The notes under the pieces: model-generated
Told to the model about the DNA's origin: nothing
The model's input: only the letters and a program-made list of their open reading frames with translations
Database searches by the model: none
Made by a program: the position numbers and the translations under genes
Assembly: GCA_017412085.1 (NCBI GenBank)
Contig: JAFPYS010000004.1
Coordinates: 2,671 to 66,670, forward strand
DNA length: 64,000 nt
Direction of reading: 5' to 3'
From: Alphaproteobacteria bacterium
GTDB taxonomy: Bacteria > Pseudomonadota > Alphaproteobacteria > CAAHEQ01 > UBA3637
Part shown: positions 45,212 to 54,014 of the stretch, piece after piece
How positions within the stretch are numbered: the first letter of the stretch is position 1
Layout: each line of letters starts with the position of its first letter

Positions 45212-46129
45212 ATGAAAATCAAGTTAAAAAATACAAAATTAGTGGATGCAGATAAAAATCCGATCAGGTTTTTTCACGCAACACCTTGTGAAAAATTTGA
45301 ACGGTTTTTACCACTTTCCCATTTTGGGACAAGTAAGGCCGCCAACCAGCGCGCCATGCATTTTGTTTATGAAGCGTTGGGAATGAAAGAACCAAACGTT
45401 TGTCCAGAGGAAGTTTCCCCCAATCTTGCGAAAAAATTAGCCAAGCAATCTACTGTTCCTCCATTGCGGATATTTCCTGTTTATTTGGCAATGAAATCCC
45501 CCGTGGTTATGCCGGATTTAACACTTCATGATTTGGCTCAATATTATCATTGGTTTTCGCGCAAATATGTTCCTAAAACAAAATATTTAACAAGAAATGA
45601 GTGGTTGGAAGGCACTGTGGTCGGTCAGGCGCGAATAAAATATAAAAATCTGTTATCGGATTTTATTTTTTTGGATCCTTTCACTCGGTCAGAAGCGGAT
45701 TTAAAGAAAGAACTTGAGGCAGAATCCTTTTACTCCGTTCCAACAAAAACAGAAATACCTAACCATGTTCCTGTATTTTTGGGTCCCGTTCTTCCAAAAG
45801 TGGATAGGCACCTTTATCCTTTAGCGGAAAAGGTTGCGTTTCAAAGAATGATGCGGTACCTAGAGGGTGAAGGGCACGATGGTTTTTCGTATCAAAATGA
45901 ATGTGAGGACGAAGGACAAAAAAGCTATATTATTTTCCGCCCAGAGCAAGTGTTTAATGCCTTGGATAAAACCCAAGAGCATGTTGTCCCAGAGCAAACA
46001 CCCGAGCAAAAGGCGTTCTTGCTCAATGTGGAACTGAATTTTTTTGCGGCACATGATACCCTTTCGCCATCACAAAGAATACAAAATCATTCGCAAAAGT
46101 TAAAGACACGCAATGCGATGTCCAAATAA
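45212..46129 (+). CDS. hypothetical protein (305 aa)
   Basis: No signal peptide. Contains IRFFHATP, HFGTSKAA and GFSYQNECEDEG..SYIIFRPEQV. Any ADP-ribosyltransferase-like reading is speculative. Confidence 0.45.
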   Translation: MKIKLKNTKLVDADKNPIRFFHATPCEKFERFLPLSHFGTSKAANQRAMHFVYEALGMKEPNVCPEEVSPNLAKKLAKQSTVPPLRIFPVYLAMKSPVVMPDLTLHDLAQYYHWFSRKYVPKTKYLTRNEWLEGTVVGQARIKYKNLLSDFIFLDPFTRSEADLKKELEAESFYSVPTKTEIPNHVPVFLGPVLPKVDRHLYPLAEKVAFQRMMRYLEGEGHDGFSYQNECEDEGQKSYIIFRPEQVFNALDKTQEHVVPEQTPEQKAFLLNVELNFFAAHDTLSPSQRIQNHSQKLKTRNAMSK

Positions 46130-46162
46130 AAAGGCCAGCATTTTTGCTGACCTTTTGTTTTA

Positions 46163-46182
46163 TGGTTGCGGGGATGGGATTT
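46163..46182. repeat. 20-bp direct repeat of the tRNA-Met 3-prime end (fossil att-like site)
   Basis: TGGTTGCGGGGATGGGATTT is identical to 46291-46310, which is the 3-prime 20 nt of the tRNA read on the plus strand. Confidence 0.85.
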
Positions 46183-46290
46183 ACCGCCTACGGCGTTGCC
46201 TACACGTTGTTCCGGCCGAACCAGTGGTTCATTCACCGCACCCCCACACATAAAAATAAAAGCACCCCGAGGATGAGGTGCCTTTCTTTT

Positions 46291-46368
46291 TGGTTGCGGG
46301 GATGGGATTTGAACCACATGACCTCCAGGTTATGAGCCTGGCAAGCTACCGGACTGCTCTACCCCGCG
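46291..46368 (-). tRNA. tRNA-Met (anticodon CAU) with initiator-type acceptor stem
   Basis: Minus strand: CGCGGGG TA GAGC AGTCCGGTA GCTT G CCAGG CTCATAA CCTGG AGGTC ATG(T)GG TTCAAAT CCCAT CCCCGCA A CCA. It has the C1/A72 mismatch of bacterial tRNA-fMet. The T-stem needs a 1-nt bulge, giving 78 nt. Confidence 0.8.
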
Positions 46369-46514
46369 CTAGGAATGGGGCTATTATACGCCTTTTCCGG
46401 CTTCTTGTCAAGTGCCTTTTCAGATAATTTTTCATTAAAATAAAAAAAATGCTTGCAATATCAAAATAAAAAGATTAGATTAGCAATTGTTGAATCATAG
46501 AAAAGGAGAGAAAT

Positions 46515-46946
46515 ATGAAAAAACAATTATTATTAGTCGCCGGTTTGGCTTTATTAACAAGCGCTTGCGCCAATTTGTGTGAAACAGATTGCGGAGCAAA
46601 GGCCTGTAAGAAAGGTGATGTTGTGTACACAGCTACACCAGCTTTGTTCGGTTTTAACTCTGTAAAGTTATCTGCCGATGATGAAGCCTACTTGAAGGAA
46701 GCTGCCGATCGTTTGAATGCAGAAGTCAACGCAGACAAGACTGTGACAGCCAATGGTTATGCCTCTATGGAAGGTCCAGCCAGCTACAACGTGGATTTGT
46801 CTCGTCGTCGTGCTGAAGCCGTCAAGGGCTATTTGGTGGACGAAGGCGTTGCCGCCAATCGTATTTCTGTCAAAGGAAACGGCGCAACAGACCAATTTGG
46901 TCCTGCTTACAAAGACAACCGCCGCGTGGAAGTGGTCGTCGACTAA
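46515..46946 (+). CDS. OmpA-family (Pal-like) peptidoglycan-binding lipoprotein
   Basis: MKKQLLLVAGLALLTSAC is lipobox-like. OmpA_C motif NVDLSRRRAEAVKGYLVDEGV. Confidence 0.8.
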   Translation: MKKQLLLVAGLALLTSACANLCETDCGAKACKKGDVVYTATPALFGFNSVKLSADDEAYLKEAADRLNAEVNADKTVTANGYASMEGPASYNVDLSRRRAEAVKGYLVDEGVAANRISVKGNGATDQFGPAYKDNRRVEVVVD

Positions 46947-46964
46947 GCATAAATACGCTTATGA

Positions 46965-46998
46965 AGGTCGGAAAGTTTTGCTTTCCGACCTTTTTTTA
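46965..46998 (+). terminator. rho-independent terminator
   Basis: AGGTCGGAAAG (46965-46975) pairs with CTTTCCGACCT (46981-46991) and is followed by TTTTTTT. Confidence 0.75.
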
Positions 46999-47059
46999 TA
47001 AAAAAAGCTTGTTTTTTTACAAAATGTCTATATACTGAAATTAAACGAAAGGGGATCCA

Positions 47060-48046
47060 ATGAAAAAATTGGGCGCTGTGATATTGTTAAGCACGATGTG
47101 GACGTTGCCGCTTTGGGCGGATTTTGTGTCGGGAGATGAAGCTTTTGAAAATAAACGCTATTCCGAGGCAATTCAGCATTTTAGACCTTTGGCGGATGCG
47201 GGGGATTTCCGTTCGCAATATTACATGGCCTACATGTACTTAAACGGGTATGGAACCGCCAAAAACGATCAATTGGGATTGGCTTATTTACGGAAGTCAT
47301 TGGATCAAGATTACCATGCTGCACAAGCGTTGATGGGATTTTTATATAGTCAAGGTATTGGTGTACCAAAAGATCATAAAAAGGCGATTGAATTTTATCA
47401 AAAGGCGGCGGAAAAGGGCAATACGTCGGCATTGTTAAATTTAGGGCTTGCATATTATGAAGGGGATGGTGTGCCGCGCAATTTAGCCAAGGCGATTGAA
47501 TTGCTGAAAAAAATTCCTATTCAGCAGCAGCCATCGGCTGGTAGGTATTTGGGGGATATTTATTTGGCACAAGATTTTGACAACATAGATAAAGCGATAG
47601 CTGCCTATCGTGAAGCCGCCAAAGCAGGTGATTTGGCATCATATACAGCATTGGCGGATATTTATATGCAAGGGAATGGCGCAGAGCAAGATGTGGAGCG
47701 TGCTTTGAAATATTATTTGTATGGTGCTTCGCAAGGGTACGCCCCCGCTCAATATGCTCTAGGAATTATTTATGCCAATGGAAAGAATGTGTCACGAGAT
47801 CCTGCATTGGGACATGCGTGGCTTTCTTGGGCGATGAATCAAAATTATAGTCCAGCAAATATGGCTTTAACACAGCTGAAAACAGAGATGACCTTGACGG
47901 AGTTAGATCGGGCTCGCCAGGAATTTATAGGTATTCAACAGCGCGTATTAAATAAAGTTACTTCTCCATTTGAAGAGGAACAAAGAATTTTGGAAGAACA
48001 ACTTGCCCAACAACAAGCAAAGCCCCCAAGAAGGAGACGGCGTTAG
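47060..48046 (+). CDS. Sel1-repeat (SLR) secreted protein
   Basis: Signal peptide and at least six repeats of the type YYMAYMYLNGYGTAKNDQLGLAYLRKS. The C-terminus is basic (PPRRRRR). Confidence 0.85.
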   Translation: MKKLGAVILLSTMWTLPLWADFVSGDEAFENKRYSEAIQHFRPLADAGDFRSQYYMAYMYLNGYGTAKNDQLGLAYLRKSLDQDYHAAQALMGFLYSQGIGVPKDHKKAIEFYQKAAEKGNTSALLNLGLAYYEGDGVPRNLAKAIELLKKIPIQQQPSAGRYLGDIYLAQDFDNIDKAIAAYREAAKAGDLASYTALADIYMQGNGAEQDVERALKYYLYGASQGYAPAQYALGIIYANGKNVSRDPALGHAWLSWAMNQNYSPANMALTQLKTEMTLTELDRARQEFIGIQQRVLNKVTSPFEEEQRILEEQLAQQQAKPPRRRRR

Positions 48047-48055
48047 GAGGAGAAT

Positions 48056-48370
48056 ATGAACGATTCGTTTTGGCATAAATTATTTTCTTTTAGACTTGTT
48101 TCTTTGTGTGGGATTCTTATCGCTATATACGTTTTTTCATTAACATCCGAAACAAGATCTTTATCTTCTTTTTTGTTCAGTGCGCCGCTGTATATTGTTT
48201 CGTCATTGGTTGCGATTGCTGTTCGGATTATTTCTTGGATCGTGGTGGACAAAGGAACATTCTATGAATTTTCACATATCTTGGGACAGACATTAGAAGA
48301 TTGTATCATTATTAACCTGGTTGTTGTTTGTACTTTAAGCTTCCTATTTTTGGTGACATCCTTTATTTAA
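48056..48370 (+). CDS. small hypothetical membrane protein
   Basis: Strong RBS GGAGGAG 5 nt before the ATG. Three hydrophobic segments. Preferred over the antisense ORF 48043-48252. Confidence 0.5.
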   Translation: MNDSFWHKLFSFRLVSLCGILIAIYVFSLTSETRSLSSFLFSAPLYIVSSLVAIAVRIISWIVVDKGTFYEFSHILGQTLEDCIIINLVVVCTLSFLFLVTSFI

Positions 48371-49061
48371 AAAAAGGCAAAAGAATCTGCTGCCCCTGTG
48401 AGATTGGGGGCAATCCCTTACTGTGGGTGTAATTATCTAATTTATCCTTGATGTCAGATGCCAAATAGGTAATTTTCAGAGGAATCTCTTTCCCCTTTAA
48501 TTTCTCCCAAATGGAAAGAGAGGATTGTTCCGTTGGAATTGTGGTGGTAAAACGAGCTTTTGTTTGTCCGAGCTCTTTGAAAATTAAATCAAATTGAAGT
48601 TGATTAGAGGCAATCTGCTTGGCCGAAATTTGTACATCACAATTTATATCATCATAACCCAATGCAGCAAGCATAACTAAAGGAGAGTGCAGAGCTTCTT
48701 TTTGTGGGGAAAAGTTAACAATATCACGTTTGAAAGAATATGGATCTGTTTTCTGAAAGAAAGCAATTAATTTGCCATGGATATTTTGTAAATTCAGTTG
48801 AAATTGTGTGTCATCGTTGGTTGCTTGAAGGCGTTGTATTGTAAATGTAGGATACTCCTTGTGGGTAACATTATATAAAACCAAAGAGCGGCCGTTTAAT
48901 GTTAGACCGGTGTCTGTGTAAGCCAACTTTTCAGACAGAAGGTGTTCTTTAAAAAAACGAGTACGCAAATTATGAACGCGAGTAATCGAGCATGTCATCA
49001 ATCCGGACAATAAAAGAAATGAAAAAGTAATCGCTAAAATAACATAATTATTCTTCATCAA
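48363..49061 (-). CDS. hypothetical protein with N-terminal signal anchor
   Basis: MMKNNYVILAITFSFLLLSGLM.. Overlaps the upstream gene by 14 nt, suggesting an operon with dacC-like. No family recognised. Confidence 0.5.
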   Translation of the reverse strand: MMKNNYVILAITFSFLLLSGLMTCSITRVHNLRTRFFKEHLLSEKLAYTDTGLTLNGRSLVLYNVTHKEYPTFTIQRLQATNDDTQFQLNLQNIHGKLIAFFQKTDPYSFKRDIVNFSPQKEALHSPLVMLAALGYDDINCDVQISAKQIASNQLQFDLIFKELGQTKARFTTTIPTEQSSLSIWEKLKGKEIPLKITYLASDIKDKLDNYTHSKGLPPISQGQQILLPFFK

Positions 49062-50127
49062 GACACCACTCCTTTTGGCATAATTGTGCCGATGACACCA
49101 ACACCATCATGCGTTCGTTGTCGGCATTAAACTCTCCTTTGATAAAATACCATCCAGGAGAAAGGGTTGTTTGTGTTTTCAACATTAATGGAAGCGGTTG
49201 GGTGGCGATTGCAAAATAAGCAGAATCAGTATGATCTATGTAAACAACTGTTTCGCCGGGAATAGCCTTTCCAGACACGCGTGCGATAAGGGCCAAATCT
49301 ATGGCAGATTGTCCCTTGTTTTTGACGCGTTTTATTGTTGGAGCGGGTTGATCCTGAGCAGGCTTAGATTGCTCTTTTTTGTCTGGATGAATTGTTAATA
49401 AGTTTTCACCACTTTCTTTTCGTAATTCTGTGGGTTTGGGAATATCACTTTTATCAATAGGTTGATGATAAACGGTTGTTATAGAATCATCCGCTAAATT
49501 TATATCGGCTTGGAAAATAACGCGATCAGTTTGCGGAGGAAGGGCATCATTGATGCCTAAGATTTGGAATTTTTGACTTTGAGGGCAGAGGTCTTTTAAA
49601 TGAAGTTGCGCTTGTTTTAAAAAAGAAGTTTGAAACAAGCTGTTTTTGAAATCTTCCGTCGGTTTATGGGCTACCAACAAAATGGGGTTTTCAGAACAGG
49701 CATTAAATGATGAGTAATGGTTGCCGTCAGTTTGCGTGGCGCGCGCCACGATATAATATTTCAGGTGCAGGTCCGTGTCTTCCTTTGTTTGAAAAATAAA
49801 ATCTTGTATGCCATCATCCGGTGAAGAACGATAAAAGGTGTCGATGTTAACCAAAAAATCGGCCAGCCAATAACCTTGATGGAAGAAACCATGTAACGTT
49901 TCTATTGAACGGTTTAAAGAGTCTTTAATAACAACCGTTGTAAAACCTTGAACATAGCCATTTTTACAGTAACTTTTGTCAACATCAATCGTCCACAGTT
50001 TTTTTTGTTTTGTGGTTAGATAATAAATTTTACATGTTTGATCGGATGTTGATAATTCTTGCTCATCCAAAAAATCAGCATGTGCGGGGAAGACAAAAAA
50101 TAAAAAAAGAAAAATTAAATATTTCAT
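49048..50127 (-). CDS. hypothetical secreted protein
   Basis: Signal peptide MKYLIFLFLFFVFPAHA/D. 359 aa. 4-nt overlap with the upstream carboxypeptidase gene. Confidence 0.5.
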   Translation of the reverse strand: MKYLIFLFLFFVFPAHADFLDEQELSTSDQTCKIYYLTTKQKKLWTIDVDKSYCKNGYVQGFTTVVIKDSLNRSIETLHGFFHQGYWLADFLVNIDTFYRSSPDDGIQDFIFQTKEDTDLHLKYYIVARATQTDGNHYSSFNACSENPILLVAHKPTEDFKNSLFQTSFLKQAQLHLKDLCPQSQKFQILGINDALPPQTDRVIFQADINLADDSITTVYHQPIDKSDIPKPTELRKESGENLLTIHPDKKEQSKPAQDQPAPTIKRVKNKGQSAIDLALIARVSGKAIPGETVVYIDHTDSAYFAIATQPLPLMLKTQTTLSPGWYFIKGEFNADNERMMVLVSSAQLCQKEWCLDEE

Positions 50128-51368
50128 TTATCCCCCTGAGGCGCCACAACAAAACAGGCATAATTCTTGTTTTGCAAGGTATGACAAGCGGTCTGAGCCA
50201 TTTGTTTTGTTCGGAAACCAGTCAGGCGAGAACGATAAGTGGTTGCATTTTTGCGTTGAGTTTGAACCATGTAATTTGGAGATTGTAAAATAGACAAGGC
50301 CCTGTTTGCCATGGAAAATGCTTTCTCTTGAGTATTGAAGGCACCAATTTGAATGGACCAATTATAGTCTGGCGTTTGTGCATAAGTAACTTGATTGACA
50401 TGGCTTGGTGTTGTGTTTTTGGCATATTTTTTGCCAAGGTTTAAAACGTATTGCAACCTCATTTTCATCATGGGGGCAAAAACATCCATATTTAATTGAT
50501 TAACCATTACTTTCCTGTGAAGAGGATCAAATGCTGGCTGTAAGCGACCTTGTGCAATGGCGCGTTGTTGACGGTATACTTTATTAAAGCCGTCATCCAA
50601 CAAGGCTTTGACGTAATTGTCACGTTCTTTGACAGATTGATCGCCAATCACCACGCCGACCAAACGGCGGTTGCGTTGAGTGGCGGTGGAAATAATGTTA
50701 TATCCCACAGCAGAAATGTAACCCGTTTTGAATCCCTCTGCGCCCTTGTAATCTGTTAAAACATGGTTGTGTGTTCTATATTCCCGGCCACGATAAGTAA
50801 AGGATTGTGTTGCAAAGAGAGGATAATAATGTGGGAAATTTTTGATTGTGGCCAATGTTAAAATAGCCATATCCTGTGCGCTTGTTAATTGTTCTGGATG
50901 GTAAAGCCCCGAGGCATTTTTAAAAACGGTTTGTGACATCCCTAATTGAGCGGCGGCCTGGGTCATCATTTCCGCAAAATATTGTTCGGAAGGCGCCAAT
51001 GCTTCTGCCAAAACAACAGCGACGTCGTTGGCAGATTTTACGATCAAAGCAAGAATGGCTTCGCGCACGGTAATTGTATCGCCGGCAACAAGATCCAGAT
51101 TAGAGGGTTCTTGTGAAGCAGCCCATGTGGAAATGGGCAGTTTGGAATCCATTTTAAGCCATCCCTTATCCAACGCAGAGAAGGTAAGATAAAGAGTCAT
51201 CACTTTGGTTAATGAGGCGGGAGGCAAGGGCGTTGTGATATTTTGTCTTGTAAAGATGTAACCGCTATCGACGTCAGCGACTAAACAAGACATGGGTTGT
51301 GCAGCGGCAACTCCCCCTAAAAAAAATGTTATGAATAGTAAAATTCTCCACATGCTCCTTTTGTACAT
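50124..51368 (-). CDS. D-alanyl-D-alanine carboxypeptidase (S11, PBP5/6-like) with C-terminal SPOR domain
   Basis: SxxK in PASLTKVMT, SxN in KSANDVA, KTG in FKTGYIS. The C-terminus WSIQIGAFNTQEKAFSMANRA..YRSRLTGF is SPOR-like. Confidence 0.85.
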   Translation of the reverse strand: MYKRSMWRILLFITFFLGGVAAAQPMSCLVADVDSGYIFTRQNITTPLPPASLTKVMTLYLTFSALDKGWLKMDSKLPISTWAASQEPSNLDLVAGDTITVREAILALIVKSANDVAVVLAEALAPSEQYFAEMMTQAAAQLGMSQTVFKNASGLYHPEQLTSAQDMAILTLATIKNFPHYYPLFATQSFTYRGREYRTHNHVLTDYKGAEGFKTGYISAVGYNIISTATQRNRRLVGVVIGDQSVKERDNYVKALLDDGFNKVYRQQRAIAQGRLQPAFDPLHRKVMVNQLNMDVFAPMMKMRLQYVLNLGKKYAKNTTPSHVNQVTYAQTPDYNWSIQIGAFNTQEKAFSMANRALSILQSPNYMVQTQRKNATTYRSRLTGFRTKQMAQTACHTLQNKNYACFVVAPQGDK

Positions 51369-51442
51369 AAAAAAAAGCCACTTGGCAAGTATTATTTTGG
51401 GGTTTTATTGCTTTTTTTCGAAAAAAATGATATTTTGAAGCT

Positions 51443-53247
51443 ATGAAACACAAAATTGGGGCAGATTTTTTGCGTGAACGGTTGAAAACGGTGTCGGCTC
51501 GACCCGGCGTTTATCGCATGCTGGACGGGGCTGGCACGGTTTTGTATGTTGGCAAAGCGAAAAATCTTAAACATCGGTTAACAAATTATGTACAAGAGAA
51601 AAGATTGTCTTATCGCATTCGCCAAATGGTCAGTAAAGTGCATGATTTGATCACAGTTGAAACGGCGGGAGAATCTGAGGCGTTTTTATTGGAAGCTGAA
51701 TTGATTAAGCAATTTCATCCGTATTATAACATTTTGCTGAAAGATGATAAAAGCTATCCGTACATTTTGCTGACGAAAGAAAAATATCCGCGACTTTGTA
51801 AATATCGCGGGGATCGCAAAAAAGATGGGACGTATTTTGGGCCTTTTGATTCCGGGCTTTCCGTGAATAATACAATCAAATCGTTGCAAAAAATTTTTGG
51901 GATCAGGTCTTGTGCAAACACGTATTTTAATGCGCGCAAACGCCCGTGTTTGTTGTATCAAATTAAGCGGTGCTCTGGCCCTTGTTGCGGATGTGTCAGT
52001 GATGAAGATATGCAGCAATAGCTGCCGAAGTTCGGGCTTTTATGACAGGGAAATCCGCTCATTTGCAAGAACAATTAACCAAAGAAATGCAAGTGTTATC
52101 GAAAAAACAAGAATTTGAAAAAGCGGCAGTTGTGCGAGATAAGATATTGGCTTTGAATCATATTCAGGGAACGGGCGCATTGCAATCTGCCGAACCAACG
52201 GACACAGTTGCAATAGTGACAGAGGGATCTTATACATGCGTGCAAATTTTCTTTCATCGGCCGAACTTGTCAGGCAATATTTATCAGATGATAAAAGACT
52301 TTAATGCGGAAGAATTGCCAACCCTTTTGTTGCAAATCTATGATAAAACAATGCCGCCGTCTGTCGTGTGTTTGTCGGATCAAATGGAGGGGCGAGAATC
52401 TTTTGAAGAGGCATTATCCAAGATTGCGGGGAAAAAAGTTGCGGTCTTGTGCCCCCCATTTCGATTGGCGCGCCGCCAATGGATGAAAGAGGCAGTACAA
52501 AATGCAACTCAAACTTTACACCAAAATATGGATAAAGAAGCGGTAGCACATGAAAATTGGCAAGTACTCAGGGATTTGTTGAGGGTGCCGGCATTAAATA
52601 AAGTTGAGGTATATGATAACAGCCATATTCAAGGAGCCGCGGCGGTTGGCGCTATGATTGTGGCAACTGAGTCCGGTTTCCAAAAAAATCTGTACCGGCG
52701 TTTTAATATTGAACAGGAACAAACAAATGATGATTTTGGTATGATGCGTGAGGTCTTAACGCGTCGTTTAAAACGAGGTCTGAAGGAAAACGATCTGCCA
52801 GATGCCATTATTTTGGATGGTGGTAAGGGGCAAATGAGCCAGGTGTTGAATGTGTTTCAAAAAATGGATATTACAGGAGTCCGTGTTTTGGCCATGGCAA
52901 AAGGGGCGGGGCAGCACGACAAGGGATTGGAAACGTTATTTTTGGACGATGCGCCGACAACGCCGATTGTGCCGGATCACAAAAGTCAGGTAATGTTTTT
53001 GCTGCAACGTCTTCGGGATGAAGCCCACCGGTTCGCCATTGGTTCACATCGCGCCAAACGATCGCGTGAGATGTTCCACGAAACTTTGTTGGATATTGAA
53101 GGAGTGGGGGCAAAGCGGAAGAAAGATTTAATGGCACATTTTGGGTCTGTGCGCGCAATTTCGGGCGCTTCTATGGCACAATTAATGCAGGTAAAAGGGT
53201 TTAACGAAAAAATTGCAAAAAAGGTCTATACTTTTTTCCATGATTAG
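51443..53247 (+). pseudogene. uvrC: excinuclease ABC subunit C, split by a 1-nt frameshift near 52008-52010
   Basis: ORF 51443-52021 has the GIY-YIG motif PGVYRMLDGAGTVLYVGKAKNLKHRL and ..RCSGPCCGCVSDED. The +1 frame continues YAAIAAEVRAFMTGKSAHLQ..FEKAAVVRDKI (UVR domain), with HhH at the C-terminus (ORF 52042-53247). The break is either real or a sequencing indel. Confidence 0.8.
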
Positions 53248-53277
53248 TATATAATGCGTTCCAACGGAGGTAGAGGT

Positions 53278-53988
53278 ATGACACAAAAAAAACGCAAAAC
53301 AGCAGTCAAGAAACCGCTTAATAAAGAACAACGGCGCGGGCAAATGGTGCAAAAAGTAAAGACGACTGCACAGGTTGTTAAAAAGGGTGCTCAAGCGGTT
53401 CGTAAGGGAATGAATATTCCGAACATTTTAACAATGGGACGGATTTGGGCAATTCCCGCTATCGTATTAACGATGTTCTTGGATAAAGTTGCAGAAAATG
53501 CAGATAAGCCAACATGGGCTTGGATTGGCGTTGGGTTGTTTGTTCTTGCGGGTATTACGGATTATATGGACGGTTATTTGGCCCGTCACTTGAACCAGCT
53601 GTCGCGTTTTGGGCGGATTTTGGATCCTATCGCTGATAAATTGTTGGTGGGCTCTATTTTAATTATGTTGGCATGGCAAGGCAAATTGGACAGCATTATG
53701 GTTGTGCCGGCCGTGGTGATTTTGTGCCGCGAAATTTTGGTTTCTGGATTACGTGAGTTTTTGGCGGAAATTCAGGTGGGTTGTCCTGTAACGAAATTGG
53801 CAAAATGGAAGACCACCTGCCAAATGATTGCTTTGCCTGTGTTGATGGTGGCAAAGGCGAACTATTCTGGTTTTGCATCGGGATTCTTAACCTGGCTTGG
53901 TTGGATTGCTCTGTGGGGTGCCGCTATTCTAACGGTAAAAACGGGCTATGATTATTGGAAGTCCGGCCGTAAGTATATGGACGATTAA
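53278..53988 (+). CDS. pgsA: CDP-diacylglycerol--glycerol-3-phosphate 3-phosphatidyltransferase
   Basis: DYMDGYLARHLNQLSRFGRILDPIADKLL is the CDP-alcohol transferase motif. GGAGG RBS before the ATG at 53278. The canonical MNIPNIL start is at 53410, preceded by AAGGGA, so the basic 44-aa leader is uncertain. Confidence 0.85.
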   Translation: MTQKKRKTAVKKPLNKEQRRGQMVQKVKTTAQVVKKGAQAVRKGMNIPNILTMGRIWAIPAIVLTMFLDKVAENADKPTWAWIGVGLFVLAGITDYMDGYLARHLNQLSRFGRILDPIADKLLVGSILIMLAWQGKLDSIMVVPAVVILCREILVSGLREFLAEIQVGCPVTKLAKWKTTCQMIALPVLMVAKANYSGFASGFLTWLGWIALWGAAILTVKTGYDYWKSGRKYMDD

Positions 53989-54014
53989 ACAACAAAAGTA
54001 TATATGGAGATCGC

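Noticed and set aside
46087-46335. ORFs 46087-46317 (-) and 46144-46335 (+) across the tRNA-Met region
   Set aside because: They run through the tRNA gene, its terminator and the att-like repeat. They are better explained as non-coding.
48043-48252. 69-aa minus-strand ORF
   Set aside because: The overlapping plus-strand ORF 48056-48370 has a strong GGAGGAG RBS and clear TM segments. The minus-strand ORF has neither.
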